From NCBI RefSeq assembly GCF_006345805.1, contig NC_042999.1, forward strand, positions 81,654,001 through 81,718,000: 64,000 nucleotides of DNA, in the 5' to 3' direction. Numbering within the stretch: position 1 is the first letter of the stretch; the number at the start of each line of letters is the position of its first letter. The notes under the pieces were generated by a model, which was not told where the DNA came from, did not search any database, and worked only from the letters and a program-made list of their open reading frames with translations. Position numbers and translations under genes: made by a program. Positions 36,416 through 48,919 of the stretch are shown here, one piece after another. The DNA comes from Octopus sinensis. Its lineage: Eukaryota.

Positions 36416-39400
36416 GCGATTAGTGCCATCTGTGGGTGATGGCCTCCATGCATCGTTAAGAGCTCCTCCTTAATCCACTTTAATACTAGTCGCCATACCC
36501 AACTAGTGCGACTGCGCGCAAGTTTATTGGCGAAATTATGTTTCTGGCATTCGTCGTTGAAACCAATATTTTTCTCACTCGCTACAGGTACCCTTTCTTT
36601 GTCTTTTCTTTCATATCGTTGTGTTTTATAGCATCCTCCCTCAAGTATCTGCTGGCATTTATATAAAAACAGTTAAGCCCTGGTGTCGATGCAATCGACA
36701 ATCACATTCCTCCAATCGCTTCAAGCTTCGTGCATCAATTTTATTGAAATTGCGCTGGATATGTTTGCATTGTGTATCTATACTCATTTGCATAACATCT
36801 AACACACACCAACAAAAACCAGAAGCAATATCAACGGAAAACAATATGGGAAATCCACATAAATGTTCATAACGGCAAAAAGGCATCGAAAGAAACAACA
36901 TAAGACGAGAACAGTATATATCAGCATCGGCACCTATATTTAATACAATTGACATACAGATTCGTCAATACTATACGCAAGTCATCACAACCTTAAATCA
37001 AAAACCATATAAAGTTTAAATGAAGATAGAAACAAAAGCGAAATATTATCACTAGTTGTGAAAATGAGAGTATATTGATTTCTCGTGTAAATATCTAAAG
37101 ATGACGTTGAGTAAAACCTACACCATAATGCTTGTATTGTCCGTAAAAGAGCAGTTGTGTAGTATTTGGAGAGGCTTCTTCATAGACAGTGATGTCACAA
37201 ATAATCGGTGTTTGGGTTATCAGTTCTAGGAATACGTTCTCTCATTCCTCTACATTTTCTTCGTCACCTTACAATTTGGTTTTATATATGCACAATTTAA
37301 TTTGTCGGCTTGAAAGCAAAACTTGTTTAACGATCTCTTATCACTGGACATTGAGGTGGTGCGAATCAGTGAAATGATATTTATCTACCTGCAGGAAATC
37401 GTGTGTATTTTTGATATATATATATCCTGTGAATGCATTTTTGAATCGGCTGAGATCGAGAGCACAGGCAGATCTAACAAGATCAATATTTTGAATTATG
37501 GTCAAAAATCATGAATAGGATAGAACATAAAGTAAACTTTATCAGAATTTATCACGACGTCTCTCGTTTTAAAAACGCAAAAGTTTATGTTAAGAATCGG
37601 CTGGAGTTTGGGAGGAATTTATGTAAACATCGTCTTTCGTGGTATCGAGGCCGACTGAAATTTCGTTTTAAGAGATTGCCGCTAAAAACAGACTTACACT
37701 CTATCGTTTCCTCAAAATTGTATACGAATAGAATATTTATCACACCAGAGTACCAGGATAGCGAAAATTGTCAACGATTAGGTAACTTGGTCAACAAGTA
37801 TTATATATGCGTAGTTGACCTTGATTAGGCAAATAGATTGGGCCCTATTAGAGGTCATCCCCCCCTTCCAGCAAAGAAAAGGGGCAAATTGTCAGCTCTA
37901 TATTTAGTTGTGTGCACTTGATTTCATAGTCCACATACTTTATTCATACAGGTCAGTCCCGTTGTGTTCTATTCACGTGTCGGTCATCTATCACAGCTTC
38001 CGACAGAAAACACTTTGAAAAAGAATTTTTAACCTAGGTGCTTTCGAATTGGCTAGTGTCTATCTTGGATGTGTTATATACTTTTTTATCCATTTCAATC
38101 GATGAAAAAAAGTATAATGTACATTTTCCTTAATTTCAGGCAATAGAAAGCATTTGACAACTATTAGTATGTGGGAGGTGTCCCTCTGCAGTTGGCTTCT
38201 GCTCCGTTCTTCGTAGATAGATTTTCTTGCTGGTGATAGAACTTCAATGATGAATGAGTTTGATCGCCATCAGATGAACATGCCTTCTGAATTCGCCATA
38301 TAGACGGAGGTGCGAGCCTGAGTCAATCAAACACAATGATTGTGCGTCAAGATCCTGGAATCCGGGTAAGTACTTATAGTTCACGTCCAGTTTGCTAATG
38401 AGGTCGATGATGGATAGAAATTTGCATTCTGCTGAGAAATAGTGAGGTCAAAGAATATAAACTGAACTGGTAATTTTAAAACGTCATGTCCGTGGGGCGG
38501 ATATGTAATCTGCAAATTACTTCCTGTTATTTCTTTGTTTGAAGAAGAATATTAAATTGACAACCGCAGAAAGGTTTCAGCTGGTGTCGTACAAGATTCG
38601 TGGCAAGCAGAAAATACTCCACCACACTCCTTTTTGTCATAATTTAGTTAGATATTAATGTGGATTAAAATATAATTACTGAAAGAATTACTGAAATTAA
38701 TCTCGATTAGTTAGTTATGGTTTTTGAGCGTGTATGTATGCGTTGCACTTTCTCCATTAGATGTATTTCTGAATATAATTCACTTATCTCTATGCAATAT
38801 GTTAATAATTGTCCATTTCCTTAAGATTGCTCGGGTTGATTTGTGTAATTCCAAAATTCATAGCAAATCCTGCATTGCATTTCTACAATTCATGTACATG
38901 GTTTGTTTGTTTGTTTATTTTTTGTATTATTAGTTGTTGCTCCTTACTGCTTAGAAATAAAGGTCATCAATATACTAAAAAGAAAGAAATAAAATTAATG
39001 TTTTTCTTCTTGCAACATTTGTTTCCGGAAGCAGCAGGTGTTAACGCGAAAATGATAAGGAGGGCAGAAAGGTGCTCCTTTTAAATATTTCCTATCCATT
39101 AGGGATGTTTCGTTATTATTCTGTTTTTTATTTATATCTGCATAATATTTTACCATTTATAAAGGATTTTTTGTATGTTTTCTTTACAACTGATAACCTA
39201 TTCATGAATAATATTTCTAAAATCTATGTAGGGAAAAATGTCCAAAAGGCATATCATAGGTATTTTTTCTGCATTTCTAAAGTTGTCGCTTATGGCTTTG
39301 ATACCAATTAATTACAAGGATATGAACATTTGCGACATTCCATTATTTCTTCCAAAAGTGATTTTGTTCAGGTCATATATTCTATGCAATATTATTGCTT

Positions 39401-41809
39401 TAATATGTTTGCATACTGTAGACATATACGTCATGAGTAAATAGATTTAGGGATTTGCTTTTAGACTTGAACTGTTTGAGTGTTTTCTATTTCCGTGTTC
39501 TATGTGGATCTTTCAATGGTTCAACGCATAGATATTCTCACAGTTGATGTGTGCAAGCTTCAGCAGTTGTTACCAATAATTTTGTCTGTGATAATCCTTC
39601 CGCTTTCGTTGCTTCTCTCCAAAGTTCGCCTACTCTATTGCTTTTGGCGATTCATTGATTTCTCTTTTGATTTTTCTTTCGTGCTTGATAAACTCAGTTA
39701 TGTTGTTTGAAAGAATCATGTTGATTAGAATAATAATGGATCCCTTACGGTAGACGAGATAAACTGGTTTTAGACATTTTTTGAATTTGGGAACTGTATT
39801 TGAGATAGCTTTTGTTATATTTCATTTCTGCAACTACTACGCTTCATATTTATTTTTATTTGTATGTTCACGTTGATGATTTCTTTGATGATTGAGTTAC
39901 ACTGTTCTTTACTATCGCTTCCTGAATCTTTGTTTTACAGACGGTTTCATTCGGTCCTTCTATTCGTGTATAAATAGTTTTGGATGTGTCTACTTTCCCT
40001 TATGAGTCTGTGTCGCATATATACTTTGGGATCATTATTTTGGTATTGATGTATGCTTCTAATTTCACCAAATTATTCATGAATTGGTTTGTATAATGAT
40101 GCTGTTAGTGAAAACATCTCTTTTGTAATGAAGCTATCTTTAACGGTGGGCAATAGGATCGTTTTTATATATCTTTAACCCTTTAACAATTTCCCAAATT
40201 CGGTTACTATCCTTCTCTAATTTTCAATCCGCATTGATTTTTTTGCTATTAACTATCATTCTATTCTTGTATCTAATTTCTGTTTATGTACCGCTGGTTC
40301 AGCATTTATCCTTCCGTATTTTACAGTTTATTTCCTTTCGTTTGTCATTAATTTGATTTTCATCTTTCTACGACTATTTCGCCGCATTTTAAACTTTGTA
40401 TTTTATTTTGCCTGAATTTTTATATATTATCCAATATACAATCAGATTGGTGTTGCTGTTTCCAGATCTTTGGCTTTTATTTTTTAATTAACAGTATTAA
40501 TTCTTAGCACTACTTACCAGCGGTTAGTGACATCATGTTCGATGCATGATTGATATTAGTAATTAGCCATACAGTTTCAGGCAATGTATTATTGTCTTAT
40601 TGATCATCCTAGTGGTTTTTCATATATACTTTTTTTCATCAACGCAAGTGTATATTTTCGGAGAAATAAAAACATTATAGGAGCTGAATGTTCGAATTCC
40701 GAATACAACTGATCAATTATGTTTACAGTAAGCCTGCATGTAAAATGTGAGTGGCAACGCATGACAATATTGGGCTACTAGGAGGCAGGTGATGATGTAA
40801 TTTGAATTATGTGTATTTGTGTAGGGATTGTAGGTGCCAGATGATGTACGGACACATGACATACATCATCTATAAAAAAAAAATCAATTTTATGGTTTGT
40901 AAATTGCTTTTACAATTGTACTTTTTCTGGCCAATTAATTCTGTGTTTAAGACGTTCGTTTTGCTACATTATAATTTCGTGTTTGTTCTCACTCGTGTAG
41001 ATAGAAAATCACGAAAATCTTGTCATCAACGAAAACGAGGCTTTAAAACACATAATAGAGTACGCTATAAGACATGATTGGCTGACTTGATGCGTCATTC
41101 AGTGAAATGCCACTATTTGATCATTGGGAGCGTTTACCTGATGCCGTTTATGTGCAAGCATTGGAGCAATATCCATGGGATTAAGAGAACTGTTTCCCTT
41201 CTTTCCACGAGTAATGGTTGTCCTGAAGTGAAACTAATAATTCAAGAGTAATATATTTGTGTGTGTGTGTGTGGAGAGAGAGAGAGAAAGAGAGAGAAGA
41301 CAGACAGACAGACAGAAAGTCAGAGACGTAAACTTTTCAATTTCATTTTGTGGTATTGTTTATTCTTTAACGATGCTAATATTCGAGTACTCTGTGTGTT
41401 ATGGTTATATATTTACTTACCAGTATGTATGCGGGTGTGCGTGTGTGTGCACGAACCTAAGCTCTGTGTGTGTGTTATTTTTGAATTTTTCCGTTTGATA
41501 TGTCACTTCTCATCAAATTTAAATTCCCATTTAGAGAAACACATTGGCCGTGTTGCATTTTTTCCATGAATACTTGCGACATAAAAAGGATGCCTAAACG
41601 AAATTATTTAGTTCAAAACTGATTTGTGACAAAGACCGTTGCTGTTATATGCCCAGTGTAATTTGCTAATGTAATAAATACAACGAGCTTACTTTATATT
41701 TACCCTATAAAAAACGTTATACGACTATGAATGTTAAACAGGAAATATGCCTCACAGTTACAGCCTCCCTCGTCATATTTTGATATGGTTTGTGGTGTAT
41801 TTATATTAC

Positions 41810-42979
41810 TACTAGCAGCATAGCCCGGCGTTGCCCGGGTATGTAAGAGCCCCTAGTAGGCAACGACTAATCCCAATCTCGTCCTTTCCCTCTAGGGAAC
41901 GAAGGCGCATGTGTAGGTTGCAATGTCTTCTCTTCACTCCCAAATAACTATCAAACAGCTATCGATAATTCAACCCAACCAATTCCTACCAAGAAGAAAT
42001 TACATTCGAGACCTTACCCCCAACACCGCCACTTCTGCTAATAGCTGCTGCAGCCGCAAGTTATTCGAATACATTTTTTTGTTTAAACTTTCTTTATAAC
42101 TACCACCCCAAACGTTTTACCTTAAATTTTTGACGTATCCTAAGGGTTCTCGGACGCTACTTGCAAACTCTTGGTTTATTATAAACCGCTTTTGTCGTGT
42201 GCACCAAAATACCTTTTCCATTCGTTTGTTCAGTTTGGTCATTTTGACTTTTTCGTCGTTGTCACTCACATTGCTGCCCGCTTTTTGCCGTTTTTGTACA
42301 TTTTTATACATTTTGGGATACTTACCCCACGGGTTCCGAGAGTTAAAAAGGTCGAGTTGCGTCCCCTAGACAGTCTGTGGTTTGTGTTTAATACACAAAT
42401 CGGTTTGCTATGTGTGCCACATATGATTTAATTAACCGATTTTTTCCAGTAATAAAGTATCCTATTGTAATAAAAAGAGCCATATAGCTCCTTGGAGCAG
42501 ACATGATGCTCGCTGTGAATTTTAAAAAACATTCCTGCCAATTTGTGAAAGATATTGTCGAAAATATGTCATCTTGAATTTGAACGCGATTTCCCAAAAT
42601 GGCATGATTTTATCGATTTTTTCTGATGGTAAGGTATTGCATGGAAAACTAACGTCAGAATTAAGTTTCTTAGGGTAACATTAAGCTTCACCATGAGTTT
42701 GGTGAAAATCGATTGCAAGTTGCGAAAACCACAACAGAAAATGTGTTGCATATAAAAAGCTAAGATTCTCGACCCCATGTCGAATTTAACAATTTTTTTC
42801 AGAACTGGGGGAACTTTTCAAACTTTTCGCTGCGTTTGTTTTGAATTATGACATTGGGTTATGTGTGTGTCAAGTTTCATGAGAATCGGTTGAAAGCCGT
42901 GGTCAGGGTGAGGGTACAACCTGACAGACACACAGACACACAGACAGACAAACCGCCGTTTATATAGATATATATATAT
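41810..42979 (+). mobile_element. Non-autonomous Helitron-like element
   Basis: Starts TACTAG followed by hairpin CCCGGCGTTGCCCGGG. Ends with (ACAG)n-like repeats and TTTATATAGAT. No TSD seen. This layout resembles Lep1-type Helitrons. Confidence 0.55.
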
Positions 42980-42980
42980 G

Positions 42981-43092
42981 AACTTTAGGTGTTTTGGCTC
43001 AATAAACACTTACAATGCCCGGTCTGGGAATCGAAACCGCGATCCTATGACCGCGAGTCCGCTGCCCTAACCACTGGGCCATTGCGCCTCCA
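42981..43092 (-). mobile_element. tRNA-derived SINE head (family D), truncated
   Basis: Reverse complement TGGAGGCGCAATGGCCCAGTGGTTAGGG...GGTTTCGATTCCC followed by a non-tRNA body. Confidence 0.75.
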
Positions 43093-44233
43093 TATCTGAT
43101 TATTACTACCGTTATGAAATACGTGTCTTCTCATGCTGTAATCGTCGTGAGAGAGACCTAAAATCCTCAACTATCTTCCAACATTATTTTCTGTCACGTG
43201 ATTGTCCATAGAAGCATGACAACAAAATTGTATATTGATTCCGTATTACTGAATATTGTAGAAAGTGAATAATTTTTTCCGTGGAAGTTTATATTGCGTT
43301 CCAATACTATTATTATAACAGATTTACCTATTCATGCTAAACACATTAAGTGAAATACGCTGAAAAAGTTTAATTTTGTTTTACAGGTAGCGCATCAGTT
43401 ACACGAGAAAAGCAACCGGATTTTTGACCGAAACATATTAGGACAGACTGTTACGAGTCTTCTTTCAGCGACCGAACAAAATATTTGAATATTCTTTGAT
43501 TAATAGCTTTTATATTAGCTTAGAATATATTTCTCTATAAAGTGTGAGCAGCTGCAAAACCCATAAGAAAATATCCTCTCCTGATCGGTATCAGCATACA
43601 TCTGGACGCTGAAGTAAATATGATCATAAAGATATCAATATATCAATATCGAATTATACTGAATATATACTCGTATTGTCCATAAAGTCTATAATAAATA
43701 CGCAAAATTCGATATCTAAATCTCCTGTCGTTGTGCATACAAAGTGACGTGAGTAATTCTATTAAAGACTGTGGGTATCAACATATTTATACCAATCAGA
43801 TGTCTATCCTTAGATAATCTTTATAAGACATATCGATTTCTAACTTTAAAATAAAGATACCCATTGTTACAGAAGTAGATTGGGAGTACATGAGAGTTCA
43901 TTTCTTTTCTATCTCAAAGGCAGTATCACTGAAACAATCTAACGTCGTCTCTGAAACGGAAGCTTCTTGAACATTCAGAACACAAGGCAGCCTTTGACAA
44001 TAGGATATAATACAGGTATCTCCTTTAATAACATATACTATATGTGTGTGTGTGTGTTTCTGTTTGTGAGTATGTGTATGGGTGGGCATATGTGCATTTA
44101 TGAATTTATGTGTATATGAGCGTGATAAAAACTGGAAATAAATAAACGTTAAGTCGTGCAAGTTGTAGAAATAGAACTTAGCAGAAGAAAAATGTCTGAA
44201 TGAACATTATTTTTACTGTTGCTGTTGGTTTGT

Positions 44234-44264
<31 letters not shown>

Positions 44265-44339
44265 ATTATTAATAATAATAATAATAGTAATAGTAATAAT
44301 AATAATAATAAGAAGAAGAAGAAGAAGAAGAAGAGTGAG

Positions 44340-45090
44340 GAAGCGAATGAAAGTAGAAGAAGCAAATGAAGTCAAAGCTAACTGGTCCGAATCCAGTGAA
44401 GGATTTAAATCCTTTGGTAGTTCCATTACTTAGATAAACTGAACTAGCAAAGTTAAACAGAAGTTAGAAGGAATTCCATATGAATGGTTGAATCCACCCA
44501 AGGGCAGCAATGGCAAAAGTATACTTACAAAGAAAGGAAGGTGGAAGTATATTAATATCAGTAAAAGACTACGTGGATTTAGCTAGAGTAGATATAGATT
44601 CCTATGTAGGTAATAGTGAACAAATTTTATTAAGAGGTGCTTGAGCCACAGAAAGTCATAGGGATACCAAAACGCCAAAACTTCTGTTCTCATTGTTTTA
44701 AAGTTTAAAAAACAAAAAAATGAGAACAAAAGTTATCTGACTGGTAGGAGAAGGCGTTGCATAGTACATTCTCAACGATAGTTTCAGCAAATAGTAGTAG
44801 TGAGACATGATGGTGTTTGCAGAAAGGAAAGCTGAAAAGGGAGACAGAAAGTTTGCTAGTAGCAGCACAAGATCAAGCACTAAGAAGTAATTGGATAAAA
44901 GCCAAGTTAGACCAAAACGCATTGTAGGTTAGGCAAATCAAAAGAGGAGAGTTTTACTCATAAATGTGTGTAGCCTGTTGGTACAAAAAGAATAAACGAA
45001 AAGACATGAGAATCTAGGGTGAGTAATCTACTGGAAGTAATGTAGAAAGCTAGGCTTTCAATATACTGATATATAGTAAGAACATGAACC
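44340..45090 (+). mobile_element. Degenerate RLE-type (R4/Dong-like) LINE fragment
   Basis: IHPRAAMAKVYLQRKEGG..LISVKDYVDLA; KGKLKRETESLLVAAQDQALRSNWIKAK; KRHENLG. Confidence 0.75.
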
Positions 45091-45149
45091 TTGTAAATTA
45101 CTAGAAAGTAAAAAAAATAAGATGTTTGGGTATGACCAGGAATATACTA

Positions 45150-46309
45150 CAGAAAAAAGTTGGGTTATGATCAGTTCGGAATGGCATTGGGCAAAGGAGG
45201 AGTTATAAGTGTTGGACAGGTAGTTAAAAAAGGTCTTAACAATGTATGGAGCCCATCACCCACGTGCAGACACTGGCCGCCTATACATGAAAAGTGCAAC
45301 GTGAGGAAGAGGACTGATAATTGCTCATGAGTGTGTACGTATCGAACTGGAAATCTTAATGGGATACCAAGCCCAACGAAAGGAAACCATGCTAGTGTCA
45401 GTTAGAACGAGGGAATATTGAAAGCAGTGAGAAATAAAGGAAAAACGGAAGAAGAATTACAATAAGACACGAAGAATTACCGAGGAAAGGACTACACAGT
45501 TAATTCCCTGTAGTCACAGCAGACGTTGCTGAAAAAATATGTGGGATTGGCTGATGAAATGATCACTAAAAATAGGTCCGTGAGAATTATACATGGGGTG
45601 CAGCACAAAGTTATGGCCACAAACTTTGCGTGAGCAAGTTTCTCTGCTGTGCCGCGCCTGTAATAGAGTGAATGAAACCTTTTGCCCATATCGCAAATGA
45701 ATGCCCTAGACTTTCCCAAAGCCATTACAAGTTGTGGCGACATGATCAGGTAGCGAAAGTGCTTCATTGGAGACTCTACGAAAAGTAGGGGCTAGAGAGA
45801 CGCAAGATGTGGTATCAGCACAAGCCACAAAGAGTGGCACAGATGGAGCCTAGCACAAATCCTCGGAAATTTCCCAATTCAAACAGATCTGGTGCTAGAG
45901 CATAACAGATTGGAGCTAGCGATGGTCGACAAGATGCACTACATCTGCTATATAATCGTATACCACTTTGACCCAGGAATAGTCAAGAAGGTAGGCGAAA
46001 AAAATGATAAATATTACCCTTTAAGTACAAAATAGCCCAGCTGTAGGTGAACAAGTATTGTTCGGTCCTTGGGAGCATTATCAGAAGGAATCAAGAGGAA
46101 TATCAAGGAAACTGAAATAAAGTAGAGTGTAGAACTGTTACAAAATGTTTGCCTCGTTAGCACAGCCAGAATAATCAGGAAATTAATAGCTGAAAAGAAT
46201 CGATGCATGCAAGTCTCCAGGAGTCGCATGGTACCGTAGGATAGAGGTAGCAAGCTCGCTACTCGTGCAAGAATCCGCGAGCTCCAGGAAAACCTGAGAG
46301 AAAGAGAAA
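45150..46309 (+). mobile_element. 5'-truncated RLE-type LINE ending in (TAA)n
   Basis: LTMYGAHHPRADTGRLYMK, RHDQVAKVLHW, WYQHKPQ, QTDLVLEHNR, ELLQNVCLVSTARIIRK; the 3' UTR runs into the TAA tract. Confidence 0.85.
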
Positions 46310-46343
46310 TGATAATAATAATGATGATGAAGATAATAATAAC

Positions 46344-46409
<66 letters not shown>

Positions 46410-46440
46410 TAATAATAATATAATAATAATAATAATAATG

Positions 46441-46472
<32 letters not shown>

Positions 46473-46473
46473 T

Positions 46474-46517
<44 letters not shown>

Positions 46518-46572
46518 AATAATAATAATAATAATAATAATAATATAATAATAATAATAAATAATAATAATA
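46310..46572. repeat. (TAA)n/(TGA)n microsatellite
   Basis: Read directly; further tracts at 47138-47237 and 48058-48149. Confidence 0.95.
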
Positions 46573-47137
46573 AATGCCCTGATGCAGTACCAGGCAGTGG
46601 ATCTCATGGCTTCTGATCTTAACTGATTGGAAGTGTTATCATGTACATTGATAACACTTCCAATCAGTATAAAAAATGGGCTACAGCAAATATTCTGCTC
46701 AATACCACAGATTTGCTTGTCAGTTGTTTGACCTTAACCAGTTGAGCATGTCCCTTAGTGGCTGACGATATGTGCATCTCTGATCACGAGCAGAAGTAGT
46801 GGGGGGGGGCATCATAGCCATGTGTTGAGAGGGATTCTTTGGGGTTTGAATAATTCACCTCTGGAAACATAGGTGGTTCTTTCAACATCCTTAAACAACC
46901 CTCAAAAGGGACCTTTTGAGCGGGATGGGCTACTCAACCTGAAGAAAATTCTAACTGGGCCCCACCTGCAAGGTCATGAGCTGTTTATCTTGATATGAGA
47001 TCACCATGTCGCGCACATATGGTTGTGATGCATGTGCCTGGTGTACCCTTATCAGACGGGTAGTCATGATGGGTATATTGGGCTTCGTATATTTAGCCCC
47101 AGTGTCACTTTGATGGCATGAACTGCTCTCTCACTCA
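46573..47137 (+). mobile_element. Non-coding interspersed repeat (SINE-like or LINE UTR-derived) flanked by (TAA)n on both sides
   Basis: About 565 bp of higher-GC non-coding sequence between two TAA tracts; no ORF. Confidence 0.6.
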
Positions 47138-47173
47138 ATAATAATAATAATGATGATGATGATGATGATGATG

Positions 47174-47238
<65 letters not shown>

Positions 47239-47240
<2 letters not shown>

Positions 47241-48055
47241 TGGCAAATACTGGACTAAACTAAAGAAAAATCCTAACAATGGTTGAGAAGCTCAGGACTC
47301 AAAGCAGAGACAGAAGGATTATTAATTGTAGCACAAGACCAAAGCCTCCCCACCAGAAATTACCAAACACATATAATGAAAAGAACAAGTAACTGCAGAA
47401 TATGTGGAGATAGACAAGAAACAATAAATCATATTATCTCTGGCTGACCAGTCCTGACTACGAAGTAATACATTCACAGACACGACAGAGTTGGGACCTA
47501 TATACTCTGGAAACTATGCCAACATTATGGAATAACAACAGAATAAAGATGGTATAAGCACACATCAGAAAAGGTCACAGAAAACGAGAAAGCAACCATA
47601 CACTGGGATATGCCAATACACACAGATAGGGAAATTATGCCAACAGACCAGATATAGTTGTCAGAGATCATGAAGAAAAAAATGTTTTCTAATTGATGTA
47701 TCAATACCAGCGGATGACAACGTGTCTCTAAAAGAAATGGAGAAACTTTTAAATTACAAAGACCTGGAAATAGAGGTAACCAGAATGTGGAATCTAAAAA
47801 CAGAAACAATTCCTCTCATAATAGGTGCATTAGGCATGATGAAAAAATATTCAGACAAATACATAACAAAAACACCAGAACTTACAAACTCATATAACAT
47901 ACAGAAAATTGCATTACTAGGCACTGCACACATCCTACGCAGAACACCTTCCATACAATAGCCACCAGAGCATCACAACAAATTACAGCACATACCCAAA
48001 GCACACAGAGCTGTGCTCAGTAGTGAAGTGAAAGCACGATATAAAAGATATACTA

Positions 48056-48057
<2 letters not shown>
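47239..48057 (+). mobile_element. 5'-truncated R4/Dong-like LINE flanked by (TAA)n on both sides
   Basis: WLRSSGLKAETEGLLIVAQDQSL, CRICGDRQETINHIISG, HRHDRVG, RPDIVVRD..IDVSIPAD, IPLIIGALG, IQKIALLGTAHILRR. Confidence 0.92.
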
Positions 48058-48152
<95 letters not shown>

Positions 48153-48888
48153 GTTCCACATTTTACAACAATGGCAGCCATTTGGCGGGATAAGTCGATT
48201 ACATTGACCTCAGTGTTTCACTGGTACTTAATTTATCGACCCCGAAAGGATGAAAGGCAAAGCAGACCTCAGCGCAGAAAGGAAGTAGTTGAATTTCAAA
48301 GGAAATTAGCGATACCACTCACGACATAGAATTGATGTAACTGGAAACGAAATGGATCTGAAATTATACTCAGCTCCTTTGTGAGTCACACAGTATTAAT
48401 AAGTGTGCAAGCTTGAAACAGAGTGGGGTTTCATATTCTTAGGGTTCTGTTCATCGCATTTACCAATACAGCATATTTTTTTCAATTAATACAGAAATAT
48501 TTTGAGGAAATTTTATTAAGAAAAATCATAGCTTCCAGAATGGTCTCTTCTTGAGATATGCAACGCTACTTTCTTATTAAGCACATTTCAAATAGCCAGC
48601 CATTGAAAGGGTTTTCATAAGCTAACAACCTTTTAATTTTACCACTTCGGAAAAACGATTCACGATGTGCCAAAATAAATAAATAGATACCTAAACAAAT
48701 AACAAATATAAAATGAAATTAAATCAAGTAATTTAAATTTTTAACTAAATTAGTCTACGGATATCTCTAAGGATTCATGCGGCCATCAAAGCAAGTCTTT
48801 GTTGAAAAAGAATAGCTTAAGAAAAACAACAAATGAAAAAGACAGCAATAATAATAGTAATAACAACAACAACAACAACAACAACAAC

Positions 48889-48919
<31 letters not shown>

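Noticed and set aside
38139-38367. Plus-strand segment with good acceptor and CGG/GTAAGT donor
   Set aside because: Stops in all three frames; could be a UTR or non-coding exon but cannot be supported without RNA data.
43007-43092. tRNA-like sequence (also at 35170-35245 and the family A heads)
   Set aside because: A and B boxes are present, but the cloverleaf is imperfect and runs into SINE bodies, so these are SINE heads rather than tRNA genes.
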